From Chrysomallon squamiferum (taxonomy: Eukaryota > Animalia > Mollusca), in NCBI GenBank assembly GCA_012295275.1, contig CM022669.1, forward strand, positions 682,001 to 746,000: a DNA stretch of 64,000 nt, in the 5' to 3' direction. Within the stretch, counting starts at the first letter, position 1. Each line of letters opens with the position of its first letter. Shown one piece after another: positions 43,770-58,043 of the stretch. Both the position numbers and the translations under genes were made by a program. A model generated the notes under the pieces. That model made no database searches. It worked only from the letters and a program-made list of their open reading frames with translations, and was not told the DNA's origin.

Positions 43770-45058
43770 GTTGTCGGCACATACTTCACCAACAACAACA
43801 ACTACTACAACAACATCACACACTGACAGAGCAAACAACGCTGGAATCAGTTGTACGAGATCTTCTCCTGGCAGAATCTCACTGTCTGTTAAACTCTTTA
43901 CTCCCAGTGTTACATGTCTGAGTGAAACAAGTGCACACTTTCACTTAAACAAGCACAAACACCTCCATGTTAACTAGGTGATGATGACAGAAAAAACACT
44001 TTTCCAAACAGTCCCACATGATGGAGATGCTGTTGGTGTTGTTGTGGAGGAGGAGGCATCAAGTTAAATACAGTAGAAAGTTTCTGAACGAGGTTTATTG
44101 ATTTGTAAGCACAGGCCAATAAAAACAGAAAGAGTATAAAAACACAAGAGAAAGAAAGAAGAACAAGTGAAAATTTCAAAAGAAAGAAAAGAAGAAGAAA
44201 TCAAAAAGAAATCCTAAATAGAAATATAAATGCATATAAAAAGAAACATTTCGTATTGTGTTGTTTTAAAAGAAGAAGAAAATAAAGAAAGGAATAAAAA
44301 AGAGTTATGATTCCGCTCACAGAAAAAGAATGGTGATTTACTGGCAGTGATCAGACTAATGTCTGACTGAGTGACAGGCGCAGTGATAGATTCAGCTGAA
44401 GCAGACTATCATTGGCTGTCTCTGTAATCCCCACCATTACCACAACAACCAATACATTCACAGTGTGCAAATCACCCAATAACTCTCAATTCATTTTTAA
44501 ATCTACATTTGGCCTTGTTACCTACGAAAATACAGACAGCTCACTATTTTCAAAAATATGTAATAACAATAACAACAATAATAATAATAATAATAATAAT
44601 AATAGTAATAATAATAACAATAATTACAATAATAATAATAATACAATAAAATATAATAATATAATAATAATAACAGTAGTAGTAATAATATAATAAAAAA
44701 ATAATAGTAGTAATAATAATAATAATAATAATAATAATAGTAGTAATAATAATAATAATAATAATAGTAGTAGTAGTAATAATAATAATAACAACAATAA
44801 CAATAAAAGTAAAAATAAGCTAAATGTCTTTAACAAAATTTTATCAATACTATTATTAAATTAATGATATTAGTCTGATTATTATTGTTGTTGTTTTAAT
44901 TAATATTATTATTCATAAACACAAACATGCATACACACACACACACATACACACATACATACATACATACATACAAACATACACACACACATACATACAT
45001 ACATACATACATACATACATACATACATACATACACACACATACATACATACATACAT

Positions 45059-45091
<33 letters not shown>

Positions 45092-45725
45092 TACATACAT
45101 ACATACTTTTTTTCCCTTACAGTGATTGATAAACAATGTGTTGAACAATTTAACCTTTAACAAAACAGTTCCTGGATATCACATCCACACAACCATAACA
45201 GTAAAAAGCTTTCATTTTTTTTTCTCTGTAATTTCTGATCTTATCTACAGAAAAACACAGCTAAAAAACACATAAAAAATATAAAAAAAATGTAATAAAA
45301 ATAATGTAATAATAAATTAGTCTTTAAACAGTAGAAGTTATTTCAATTAATTTCTATCAGCAGAATCACTCAACTGTTTATCCCAATCCTGACAGGTCTC
45401 ATCAAATTAAATAATAAATGAATCAATGGATTTAGTTTTAAGCTGTCTGGTTTGGTCTGACATTTTTAGAAGTTATTTTTGTTCACATTTTCACTGATGC
45501 ATCCGAAGCCTATTTTTTTCATCACCACATTAATTATCCAGCTTTTTAATTAACCGAAATGAAACTGACAGTAATTAAAATGAGTTGCAACCTGTACTTT
45601 TATAATTACTTTCAAAACAGAATGTAGTGATGAATTTACTAACTTTACAAAATATATGAGAAAAAGAAATAAGGTGTATATGACTGTATGTATTTGGATG
45701 GGTGTTTGAATATATGTATATGTGG

Positions 45726-45772
<47 letters not shown>

Positions 45773-46641
45773 ATAGAGAGAGAGAGAGAATTTGTATATC
45801 TAAGTGTTATATATGTTTACATTTAAGTATTTAAAAATTATTATGCATTTATATTTTTTAAAGATAATTACTATTTTTAATATGCAAATTAAGAAAGATA
45901 GAACTTGACACAGGAGGTACTTGGATCAAAACTTGATATCTGCTTTTGTCTTTTTTGTTGGTTCTTTTGTGTTTTTTTTTTTTAAATGATTAGATGATCG
46001 ATGCAGTTGTACTCAGCTTGTACTTTATTAAGTGTTCTGTTTCATACTGAAATGCACATCATCAAAAACATACACATTAGTAGAAACTATCATTTTCTGT
46101 GCTATCAGCATAAATATACTAGTCAGTAGAATCTGTCATTTTTCTCTTTTATTTATAACAAAACTTTTGCCTTGCCCCTGGCTCTGTTATTCCATGTCTT
46201 ATCTGGTACTGGTCAGACAAAGACTGGTCAGACAAAGACTGGTCAGTGCAGTGACCACTGGAGAGTCTGTACAAGAGTTCTCCAGTCTGTTGTTGACTCT
46301 GAGCTGAACTAATCAGAAATCTGACAAGTGCTTTCAGTTGCTTTTCTTCTTCTTCTTCTTCTGTCTTATTACAAAAATAGCAAGACTGGCTTGGTTTTGA
46401 AGATGTGTATTTACACAGTTCACACAGATTAGATTTATTGCAGATGTTTGTTGTGCCAGTTTGGTTCTACTTCTGAAAGTTCTTAAGTATACATTTACAT
46501 GATAAACTAACCAAAACAAAATAGCTGAATAAAATAAACAGAAATAAACAAACAGGTAGGAATACAAATTATAATACAGTTTGCATCTCTCTCTCTCTCT
46601 CTCTGTCTGTCTGCCTGTCTCTGTCTCTCTCTCTCTGTCTG

Positions 46642-46746
<105 letters not shown>

Positions 46747-48217
46747 GTATATATACATATATTTTCCCACTAACTGTATTGTTTTGCAGCTTTCATTTAC
46801 TGATAATTTGTAACTCACAGCAGACAATGCTGAGAAGATTAATAACAATTTTAAGCAGAGCTGATTGTCAATTACAGAATCAATACTGTCTTTGTGCTTG
46901 TTAATCTACATCAAAGCATTAAACTGTAAAAAAAATGATATAACTTGCATATGTATCACTATATATAACTTGTCTATGTATCACTGGATATAACTTGTCT
47001 ATGTATCATAGTTATAAATAGTGTAGTGATTATGACACAACCATACAGACACAGAAAACATTACATTTATAAATATGCAGATATAAAGGACACTTGTATG
47101 AATCTTCATCTTCAAAAACAAAAATATTCCTTCACATATTCAAAAACACAAAACAGATTTTAATCATGTAATTTTTTATTTCTAATTCATTCACAATAAA
47201 TGTCTCAAACAAAGTATAAAAACTGTAAAGACTATATTTCAGAAGAAAAAACAATGATGAGAAAAATTAGCTTTAAATTATATTAATTAGGTTCAGACAT
47301 AAAGCCTCTTTTTCACGTTTGACAGAGATTCCTGTGAAAGTTTCACTGAAACGTTTCCACACTGGAACAAGCTGCACCTCTGATCACTGAGATCAGGTCA
47401 ATCAATACTGCAGCTCAACTTGCAGCTCAAAAACAGTGCACAGTGCCAAAACAGTTCCACACAAACAGTGAACTCAGAACTTTCTTTAAAAAAATAATAA
47501 ATAATAAATAATAAATAATAATAATAAGAAGAAAAAAATTTAAAAAGTGTCAGGAATGTTTTTATAGATTTTAATCTTTGTGTCTGTCACTTCTTTGTTT
47601 AATCTTGTCTGACAAGTAGACAGTTAAACTGTTTTGAAAGAAACGTCAAAGGAAATTTTGTTTAATTCTAAAAATGTAACATCATGCACAGAGTTAACAA
47701 TGACAATAAGAGAGAAAATCTTCCTTTTGTCACGCAGTATGTTGTAATCTCAGACGTAAATAACTCTTTTTTATCCCTTCCTTACAGACTAACTACAGAA
47801 CATTATTCATTTATTCATTTATTTATTTATTATTATTATTATTTTCTATCTCTTCTATTTTTTCTGAATTGTAATCTGTTGTAAAAGTAAGAGACAAATA
47901 AGAAACTGTTTGATGATTTTCTAGATGATGTATGAACAAGTTTACAGATAAAGTTTATCAGAGTCTAAAACATGTATGAACACACACTGAACAAATGAGT
48001 AAATGAATGTTAATTTTATATCTGAGTCAAATATTTAATGTAAAATTTATTTTTTATCAAATCTGTTTTCTTCTTTACACTAATATTTTTTTAGCTATTG
48101 TGGTTAACCTGAAAACTATTTATAGTTTGATATTTAATAGATTTTAAAAACTTAAAGATATATCTAATGAGTGTTTCAATCCATGTTTGTGGTTCTAATA
48201 TCCCTCCCTCCCTCCCT

Positions 48218-48248
<31 letters not shown>

Positions 48249-48891
48249 CACACACTGTGGAGGTAACACCCAAACACTTTCCTATTTGATTCCTTGGACA
48301 AGAAAAGAAAACGTAAACCCTCACTGGAGTCCATGCTTCACTGTAAATATTGACAGAAGAAAAACATATTTAAATGTCATTCTTGACATTTTTAAGTTAA
48401 TAAAAGATTTAATAAAATGCAATAATGAAACTGAATTTCTTGAATTAGTTGAAACTTGCTTGCTGTTCAAATATCATTTTCTCTCCTGAAGAATTCAAAG
48501 AAAACATTAAATATTTTTTATTACAGTATAATACAGAAAACCGAAATCAGAGTGTGTAATGATTTTTTCTCTCATTTGCATATAATTTTAATGAACCAAA
48601 GATGTGCCTGAATCTTTTAAACATACCCAAACAAAAACCACTGATAAAGAAGCTGTGATGTTCAAATTAAGTGTATTTAACAGTATTTATAAAAAATAAA
48701 TTGATCGTGTAATTTGTAATATGCTTGAGAAAAGTCACTGAAAGTGAAAAGAAAATGGATATTCAATATTCCATCAATGTCTGCAAATACAGTGAAATGT
48801 TTTCAGTGCACAACACTGGTCAGGTTTTCAAAGAAAATAAACATTCTCTGACACCACTCTACCTCAAGTGTCTTACTGTTATTATTATTAG

Positions 48892-48922
<31 letters not shown>

Positions 48923-49040
48923 TTTATTTTTATTTTTATTATTATATTATTATTATTTTTTTTTTTAAATTATTATTATTATTATTTATTTTTATAATTA
49001 TTATTACTTTATTATTATTATTATTTTATAATCATTATTA

Positions 49041-49078
<38 letters not shown>

Positions 49079-49127
49079 CTGATATCACAGGTACATGTGG
49101 AGCACATTTTTAAATTTACTGTTTTAG

Positions 49128-49501
49128 TGATCAAACGAACTGGTCTCCACGCTTCACAGATATCAGTTTTATCAAACGAACTGGTCCCCATGCTTCACAG
49201 ATATCAGTTTTATCAAACGAACTGGTCCCCATGCTTCACAGATATCAGTTTTATCAAACAAACTGGTCCCCGCTTCACAGATATCAGTTTTATCAAACAA
49301 ACTGGTCCCCACAGATATCAGTTTTATCAAACAAACTGGTCTCCACAGATATCAGTTTTATCAAACGAACTGGTCTTCACAGATATCAGTTTTATCAAAC
49401 GAACTGGTCTCCACAGATATCAGTTTTATCAAACGAACTGGTCTCCACAGATATCAGTTTTATCAAACAAACTGGTCTCCACAGATATCAGTTTTATCAA
49501 A
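49128..49501. repeat. 34/40-bp minisatellite (cacagatatcagttttatcaaacgaactggtctc)
   Basis: About 10 tandem copies. Confidence 0.95.
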
Positions 49502-50177
49502 TGTTGGGATCTGCTCACATCATCCCCTGATTCCTGTGTGAGACTTATTCATTACTCTTCATTTCTAACCTTTGTGTCACATAACACATATGACCACTTC
49601 AGTCTTTTGTTCAAATGAAAATCTCACAAATCTGAGTTATCTCTGTTGTTATATGTTGTCATGACAGTGTTCTTTACATTAATAATAATATTAATAACAG
49701 TAACAATAACAATATTATTAATAATAATAATAATAATAAATATAATAATAATAATAATAATCATAATAATAATAATAATAATAATAATACACGTAGAAAC
49801 AAATAACAAAATTTAAAAAGAAAAAAGAAAAAAGGAAACCATTCTGATTTTACCAATCAGGTTAAACTGGCATGTTAATAATGATTCTGCATTTGCTCAC
49901 TGTCTCACTTAACATCATAATTAGTAAGATGAAAAAAGCCCACCATTGTATGAAAAGTTTTACACATCAAGTTAATCTTCTTGTTTTCAGTTTGGTACAC
50001 AACTCAGACAAATTAAACAGCAGTAAACATGTCTGGACAGGATTTGAGACAAATTTCAGAAGCATTACAAGCAGAACACAGTGAACAGTGAGTGCAGTCT
50101 TCTTCCGACAGACACATTTTACATTTCCCTGGAGTCACACTAAACTGAGTGAGAGTCAGTCTGAATAGATTGTACCA

Positions 50178-50797
50178 GTCATTTTGTTTTATCTCAGAGT
50201 CAGAACAGAGTTTGTGTCATTTTGTTTTATCTCATAGTCAGAACAGAGTTTGTGTCATTTTGTTTTATCTCAAAGTCAGAACAGAGTTTGTGTCATTTTG
50301 TTTTATCTCAGAGTCAGAACAGAGTTTGTGTCATTTTGTTTTATCTCATAGTCAGAACAGAGTTTGTATCATTTTGTTTTATCTCAGAGTCAGAACAGAG
50401 TTTGTGTCATTTTGTTGGAGCTCACAGTGAGATAAATGTTTGTGTGAGTTTGTTGGATCTCACAGTGAGATAAATGTTTGTGTGATTTTGTTAGACCTCA
50501 CAATGAGATAAATGTGTGAGTTTGATTGATCTCACAGTGAGATAAATGTTTGTGTGAGTTTGTTGTACCTCACAGTGAGATAAATGTTTGTGTGAGTTTG
50601 TTGGACCTCACAGTGAGATAAATGTTTGTGTGAGTTTGCTGGATCTCACAGTGAGATAAATGTTTGTGTGAGTTTGTTGGACCTCCCAGTGAGATAAATG
50701 TGTGAGTTTGATTGATCTCACAGTGAGATAAATGTTTGTGTGAGTTTGTTGGACCTCACAGTGAGATAAATGTTTGTGTGATTCTGATTGATCTCAA
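50178..50797. repeat. Two adjacent 38-bp minisatellites (tcattttgttttatctcagagtcagaacagagtttgtg; ctcacagtgagataaatgtttgtgtgagtttgttggat)
   Basis: The arrays switch at ~50415-50420. Confidence 0.95.
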
Positions 50798-51601
50798 TTA
50801 ATTTCCAGTAATAGTTTTTACCAACAGACAAAAATTACTTTTCTAAAATTGATTACATTTGTTGAAAGTCCTAATTTTAAAATCGATACACAAAAACTGG
50901 TTTGTGTTTTTTTTAACACCCAGACTTTATTTTGTACAAATGAAATAAGATAAAATGTGGTCTGAGATCAACAATGACAAATTTTGCTTAACGTACCAAG
51001 CTGTCTGATCTAAATTATTTTCTTTTTCACAGAAAAATCCAATAGAAATATTTTACAGGTTTATACAAATGCAAAGAAATCTCTGAAAATAGCAGAGATC
51101 TAACATGGTTTACATTAGTGCGTATGCAAACAACTCATAACTGATCAGGTTCAAGTCAATGCACTCTCTTGTTTTTCAACAATTTTCCTTCCATTAAGTG
51201 ATAATATTTGAAAAAATATCACGTTCGAACATCTCAGTTTACACATAAATCTTTCTCGATCAAGTAATTCAGTGCTGGATGACAACAAACCTTCAGACTT
51301 TCTATCTTCTCTGATTTTTTTTATTTTGAAAGTGATGTTTTAAGTTGGTTCTGCTATCCCAACATGGAATATGAACAGTGGATTTCAGGCTGGTAATTGT
51401 CTGGTCTGCTGACTGAAAACATTTTCTGCTCATGTAAATCTAATTAGATTCTCCTGGGATGATCCAATGCAGCAGTCAGTGTGAACAAAAAATACATCAA
51501 AAATCATCATCAAAAAATGATGTTTACAAGAATGATAATCAGCTATAAAAACAATATTGAAGAAATAGAAGCTGAATTTTTTCTATAAGTTTCTAAAGAA
51601 G

Positions 51602-51634
<33 letters not shown>

Positions 51635-52969
51635 AATATTATAAAGAAATAATATACACTAGGAGGATATATAATTTAGAAGAAAAAATAATCTATAAAA
51701 ACAAATGAAGATGAACTTTGTAATAAAGGTGACTGAAGAAAAAGATGAAGATGTGTAGCAGATGAAATGATCACAAGATGAAAATGAAGAAAAACACTTC
51801 GATGAAGATAAGTTTACAAGATGCATTGTAAGAAGAAAAATATAATATTACAAACAAATCTGGAAGATACCTAGAAAAAAAAAAATGAAAGAAAAAATAT
51901 CAAAAGCAATAACTGAAAATAACAGGATGATGAAAAGTATGCAGAAAAGTAAAACACAACATGAAGTAAAAAGTAAACAAGAAAAAAAATAAAAATAAAA
52001 ATAATAAATAAATAAATAAATATAAAAATAAACTATGTTGATGCAGAAAAATTCCATGTTGATAAACTGTAAGATAAACCTTCACAGTAAATATCAAAAC
52101 TGAAAGATAGACTCAAACAATTATCTAACATGTTTCTCATACACCAGTTAGAGAGCTGTGGTTGGAACGAGATATTGGACTGACTCTGTGAGTGTGTGAT
52201 CTCATTCTACTCTGGGTTATTCTGGTTTTAACAGTAGGATAGGCATCCGGTTTTTATTTCCATGAAACAAGGAAATAATTCTTTATGATTAAGAGTGATA
52301 CTGCCATAAATATCTTCTCAAGTAATGGATCTTTCAAGTACTTAATTCTGTTATTAAATTAAACAGTGGCATGGAAAATAATAATTTTTTTCTTTTCCCC
52401 ATAATGTCATTTATCAGCATGTGAAGATGGTGCTAAAAATAAAGTGTTACCATAAAGTATGACTGCATTTTTTCTAAAAAAAAAAAAAAATGTATTATGT
52501 TTTTCAAGATTAGTTCTTTTTAACTGTCTCGTTTTATTATCAATAAAGTTTGGTCACTATGAAAAAAACCCAAATAAAACAACTATATAAAATACATTTA
52601 GTCCATTTCTATGTAATGCTATTATTTTACATTGTATTCAACTCATTAATTTTTTTTTTTTACTTTTTCCATTTTTTATTTTATTGATAGAGAGAGATAT
52701 ATATTTTTATTTTTTAAAATTTTATTCATTTATTTATTTGTTTTTATTTAGCAGGGGAAGAGCTGTAGACATGTACTACATTAAATTACTTACATTTCAC
52801 AAACCTCTTGTCCACTTAACTCATTCATCAATGGCACATATTTATTCTATCTTTCTTTTCTTCTTATTTTTAAAAAATTAATTTAATATTTTTGTTTTAT
52901 TATTCACAGGTATGTATGTGTGACTGTGTGTATCTGTGCATGTGTGTGTGCATCTATACATGCATGTGA

Positions 52970-53007
<38 letters not shown>

Positions 53008-53463
53008 AGAATTAATCAGTTTTATTTCTTATTTTTCATCTTTTTCACTTACTACTTAGTCAGTAAACCAAATTTTGTTAAATATATTTTATCCTCCATC
53101 AATCGATCCATGCATTCAAATATTTATTTATTCTGTGCTGTACAGAAATCTACTTACTTGTAATCAACATACATTTATTTTCAGGTTTGTGCTGCACCTA
53201 GTTACCTGATTACCTTACTAAGGTAAATATAATCAACATCACATAAATCCATCAAGTATGAACTCATGCTAAATGTTCATGTTGTATTTTCAACTTCTGT
53301 TAACTCAATATTTTTCATATCAGCGTTTGCCAGATCAAAATCAATCACATGGAATGTTTATACCTTCATTTTATGCACAATTTGATTAATAAAAAATTTC
53401 TACTGATAGAGAGATATCAGTGAATATTACGATTATATTTATTTATTTCTATCTGTGGATAAA

Positions 53464-53509
<46 letters not shown>

Positions 53510-53550
53510 CATTGTGTTTAGCAACAGAAAAAAATATTTATTTACAGTTT

Positions 53551-53598
<48 letters not shown>

Positions 53599-53943
53599 AA
53601 GATGTTTTAATAAAATATATATATATACTAAATATCTGCCTTTATATAAATTCATTTTAAAATATTCTTTTTTTAATAAAAATATAAGCAAATAAATAAA
53701 ATATAAATAAATAAATAAATAAATAAAAAAATAAATAATGTTAAAAAATAATATCACTATTAAAATGTGGGTGAGTGAGTGTGGTTATTTTCCACAGATT
53801 ATTATTGATTGTAAACGTGGATGTTTGAAATGTGTGCTGTTATTGATAGTGTGTGTGTTATTACTCTTGAACCTGATGTTCACAGAAGTCTCCCCACACT
53901 TCAATCTAACTAATAGCTTCTACTTGATACAATCAGCAGAGTG

Positions 53944-54003
<60 letters not shown>

Positions 54004-54999
54004 CAGTGATAAAGAGATAGACAGAGAGAAAGGGAAGGAAAGATGAAAATGCAATGATAGTCAGACAGACAGACAGAAAAACAGAAAGAGGAAAACACAG
54101 TGAGAAACAGACAGACAGACAGAAAATAAATTGATGCTTATAAACTTTCTTGTTATCAAATATTTGATTTATTCAAACTGAAACGAGCGCAGAATGTTTA
54201 ACATCCCCTCATTTCCAGTCTCTTTCTGTTTTCTTTCTATCTCTCACAGTATTTTTAACCATAAATGCTAGAGACATCTGTCTGTGTACACTGTCTAAAA
54301 CGAGAGTATACCAATTAATGAATCATTAGTGCAGGTAGCTGTGTGTTTTAATCAAGTAATTAGTGGCTACATCAAAACAGCAGTCTTGTCATTACCAGTG
54401 AGACTAGCCTGAGATATGTCATTTTAACTGCACACCTCTCTCTGCAAGTTGTAATCATGAAAGGCAAAATAACAGAAGCGTTTTTATGACTTTGATAAAG
54501 AAACGCATAAAAGCAGATGAAGGGAAATGATTTTTGTCATCAAGAAATTTGTCTACTTTCCTTAAACTGATCAAATATGACAAAGCACAGAAAAAAGACA
54601 GAAAGACTTTGAAAATACAAAAGAGAGGTAATTCAAACTGACAGAAGTTATTTGTGTGTGAGTGTGTAGTGTGTGTGTGTGTGTGTTTTACAGAACTATC
54701 TATAAGCACATAAGACTACAGGTTTTTATCTACAGATGTTAGGACATTTTATTGATGATATTTTCATTATAAAAAAGAGAACTCTGTCTCTGCAGACTGA
54801 GATAATGTTTTTAAATATTATTTTAAAGTGTTCAAAGCAGAAATGAAAAGAATAGAAAATCAAGAACAAGAAACAGTAACAATAATAATAAAAACAACCC
54901 CCCCCCAATAATATAATATAACATACAAAAAAAACCCACAACAATAATAATAAAAAATAAATAAATAAATTAAAAACGAGAGATTTTTATCAGTTTTAA

Positions 55000-55560
55000 C
55001 ACACCCCAACTGTTACAATAATTTGTCATAATATTTTTAACATACAAAAAAATGTACAGACTGTGAACATTTTTAACACAGTTACACAGTTTTAACACAC
55101 AGACTAACAGTTTTAATAATTTGTCAAATAAATAAACTAAAATCTAACAACTGACTGTGAACAGTTACAACATGAGTTTTATCAGTTTTTTAAACAACTG
55201 TTAAACAGGAGTTTGTCAGTTTTAACACAGGTTTATCCAACAACTGTTACAACAGGAGTTTGTCAGTGATGTACAGACTTTGGACAGTTTTAACATAGTT
55301 ACACAGTTTTATCTAACAACTGTTACAACAGGAGTTTGTCAGTGATGTACAGACTTTGGACAGTTTTAACACAGTTAAGGAGCAGTTCTACAGGGTGTAG
55401 ATCAAAGTCATAAAATTAACGACTGAACAGTTTTAACACAGATTTAACTTTGTCATGAATTTGGACAGTTTAATTACACAGATCTAACAACTGTTACAAC
55501 AGGAGTTTGTCATATAGACTTTGGACAAACATAGTTAAGGAGCAGTTCAGAGATAAAGTC
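55000..55560. repeat. Degenerate longer-period tandem repeat (aacaactgttacaacaggagtttgtcagtgatgtacagactttggacagttttaaca)
   Basis: Recurring blocks at ~55238, ~55315 and ~55485. Confidence 0.75.
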
Positions 55561-56739
55561 ATTTTTTTAACCTGATCAACATGGATAAACACTCAGACTG
55601 GAATTTGAAAAGTTAACATACAGAAAATAAAATAATAAAAAATAAATTAATAATGCAAAATTTTATATAAAAGTATCAGAAAAGTGAAATTACACAGGAC
55701 ATTGGGCAATTCAGTTTTAAATAAAGTGTGTAAAATTATAAACAGATAACATGCTTGTTGTTATAGAATATTGGAGTTGTATGAAAGCTCATTCACTATA
55801 TAAATATAAATAATTAAAAGGTTTGTGTTAAGTTAGTAACAAACTGTGATCTTCAAAGAGAATATTTTAGATGTAGAAGACATATTGTGTTTGCTAACCA
55901 ATTAAAGATACACATAAACATGCATTAAATATCGATTCTCTCTCTCACACATATACACACAGTAACATTCATGTACATGTACAGACACATAAACAGACTG
56001 ACACAGACAAACGCACACACATACCCATATACACACTCACACACATATGATACATATAATTACTCACAGATGCAAACCCAGAGTAAACAAAAAATAATAA
56101 TAGTAATAAATAATTAAAATATGCAAACCAAGGATTTAACTCTTAAATAAGTACAATTCTATAAATGACCTTTCCAATAAAATGAATAATTGAAACAACT
56201 TTAATAAGATCTTAGAAAAAAGTACCACATCAAACTTTTACATCCTACAGTGAGTCCTGTATGTTGTTCTTGTAGCAAACACATCCTGCATTCAATTTCA
56301 TTTTTAACCCTATCTAGTTAAAACATATTGTTAAACGTAAGTAGCTAAAACACATTTAGCTAAAATATATCTAGTTAAAACACATCTAATTAAACTGTAT
56401 CTAGCTGAAACACCCACTCTTTATAAATCATATATAAAACAAAATAAAACTGTTTTGAGATTCCTAACCCTGTCACAACCATGTTGTTCCTCATTATTAA
56501 TCTTTGTGCTGGTCTGCTTTCATCTGTAACATCAGACTGGCTTGTTTTGTGTTTTTTTCTTTACTCTGCTATCCAGTCTTCCTGTCTCTTAAACCCTGGA
56601 CAGTAACTTGCCTAGTCTGTATCACACTTGTATTAAAGACAGTGAGGTATTCACATGGGTGTGTTTAAAAGGGGCATATTTAGACAGAGTTAAAAATGTG
56701 TACCTTAGTATATACAGCGATACAATAATTTGTTTAGAT

Positions 56740-56780
<41 letters not shown>

Positions 56781-57391
56781 AAATAATAATAATTATAACA
56801 AATTTTCAGATATGAAATTATAAGTATAGAAAATTGTAACCTGAAAAAGCCTACATGTTATCATAGATGATAACATTGAATAAGTTCTATCAAACCATTT
56901 CTCAGTCAATTTGTGTAACTACATTTCTATGTACATATCTATCAGCTATCAGTTTTCAAAGATCTATGAATTAAATTTATTTTCTAAACTTCATTATAAA
57001 AAATATTTGATTTAATGAAAGCACCTCCCCACCCTGACTTCAGTGTGAAATGTGTGAATCCCAGGTGAGGACAAACACCCACACAGACCCTCTTGTACAT
57101 TATCTGTAACTTTGAGTTAAAACACTGACAGAAATAAACGACAGACATTTTTAACAAACATAAAGCTTCTCGGTTTACATGAAGATATTAACTGCAGACA
57201 TAACATCAGAAATAAAAACTAATTTAGTAGAAGTAATGGCGTCTGCCTGCAAATCATTCAGTGTTGAACACATCCTTTCACTGGCTTCCATACTCACAAT
57301 GTGTCTTTCAGGAACAACAGCATGCCAGATGCTTTAATATGTTGTTTTGTGTATGAGTGTCTGTGTGTGTGTATGTCTGTGTGTGTGTGTG

Positions 57392-57470
57392 TTATTATTT
57401 TTAAAATAAATTTGAACACAAACATTGATAATTATCCTGAGGTGTGATGTACTTTGATGACAGAATAAAA
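57392..57470 (+). repeat. Dispersed ~80-bp repeat, copy 2 (follows a (TG)n tract)
   Basis: Near-identical to 14461-14540, in the same orientation and microsatellite context. Confidence 0.8.
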
Positions 57471-57764
57471 ATAGCAATATTTTTACTGTCTTTCTTTTAC
57501 ATATTTACACCCACACATATACACACACTCACACAAACAAACACACACACCCACACCCACATACTCACACACACACAATGAATGAATCATCATCTTAATT
57601 AAAACAAGTTGCTTTGTTTTGCTCTCACTTCATGCATTATGCCAGTGAGTCGTGAATAAATTATGATAATTATATGTTAATTACATACATGTTGAAGATG
57701 TTGTCTAATATATTTTAATGTTAACATACACAAATCTTCACATGCAAATCTGTGAAGAAATGAA

Positions 57765-57926
57765 TAAATTATGTAAATTAACCACATATGAATTATGTAA
57801 ACTAACCACATATAAATTATGTAAATTAAGCACATATAAATTATGTAAATTATTCACATATAAATTATGTAAATTGAGCACATATAAATTATGTAAATTA
57901 ACCACATATAAATTATGTAAATTAAG
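57765..57926. repeat. 24-bp minisatellite (aaattatgtaaattaaccacatat) next to the exon donor
   Basis: About 6-7 tandem copies. Confidence 0.93.
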
Positions 57927-57937
57927 TAAAAACCAAC

Positions 57938-58012
57938 CTCATAGTCCTCGTCTGTGTCAGGGTCACACACAAGGGGTGCGGCAGAATCTTTGATGACCAC
58001 CCCACGACTCAT
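57938..58012 (-). CDS. First coding exon of the MYORG-like gene: MSRGVVIKDSAAPLVCDPDTDEDYE (exon 57938-58051 including 5' UTR)
   Basis: Acceptor tgtttttacag|TTG at 58051 and an in-frame upstream TAG. ATG at 58012, 25 codons, then donor GAG|gttggt in phase 0 matching the acceptor at 29022. The joined protein is 674 aa with a plausible cytosolic tail before the TM helix. Confidence 0.78.
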
Positions 58013-58043
58013 CCTGTGTGTATCAGTGAACTAGCAGTGTAAC

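Noticed and set aside
49097-49618. 173-aa ORF with HRYQFYQTNWSP repeats
   Set aside because: It is a translation of the 34/40-bp minisatellite cycling through frames.
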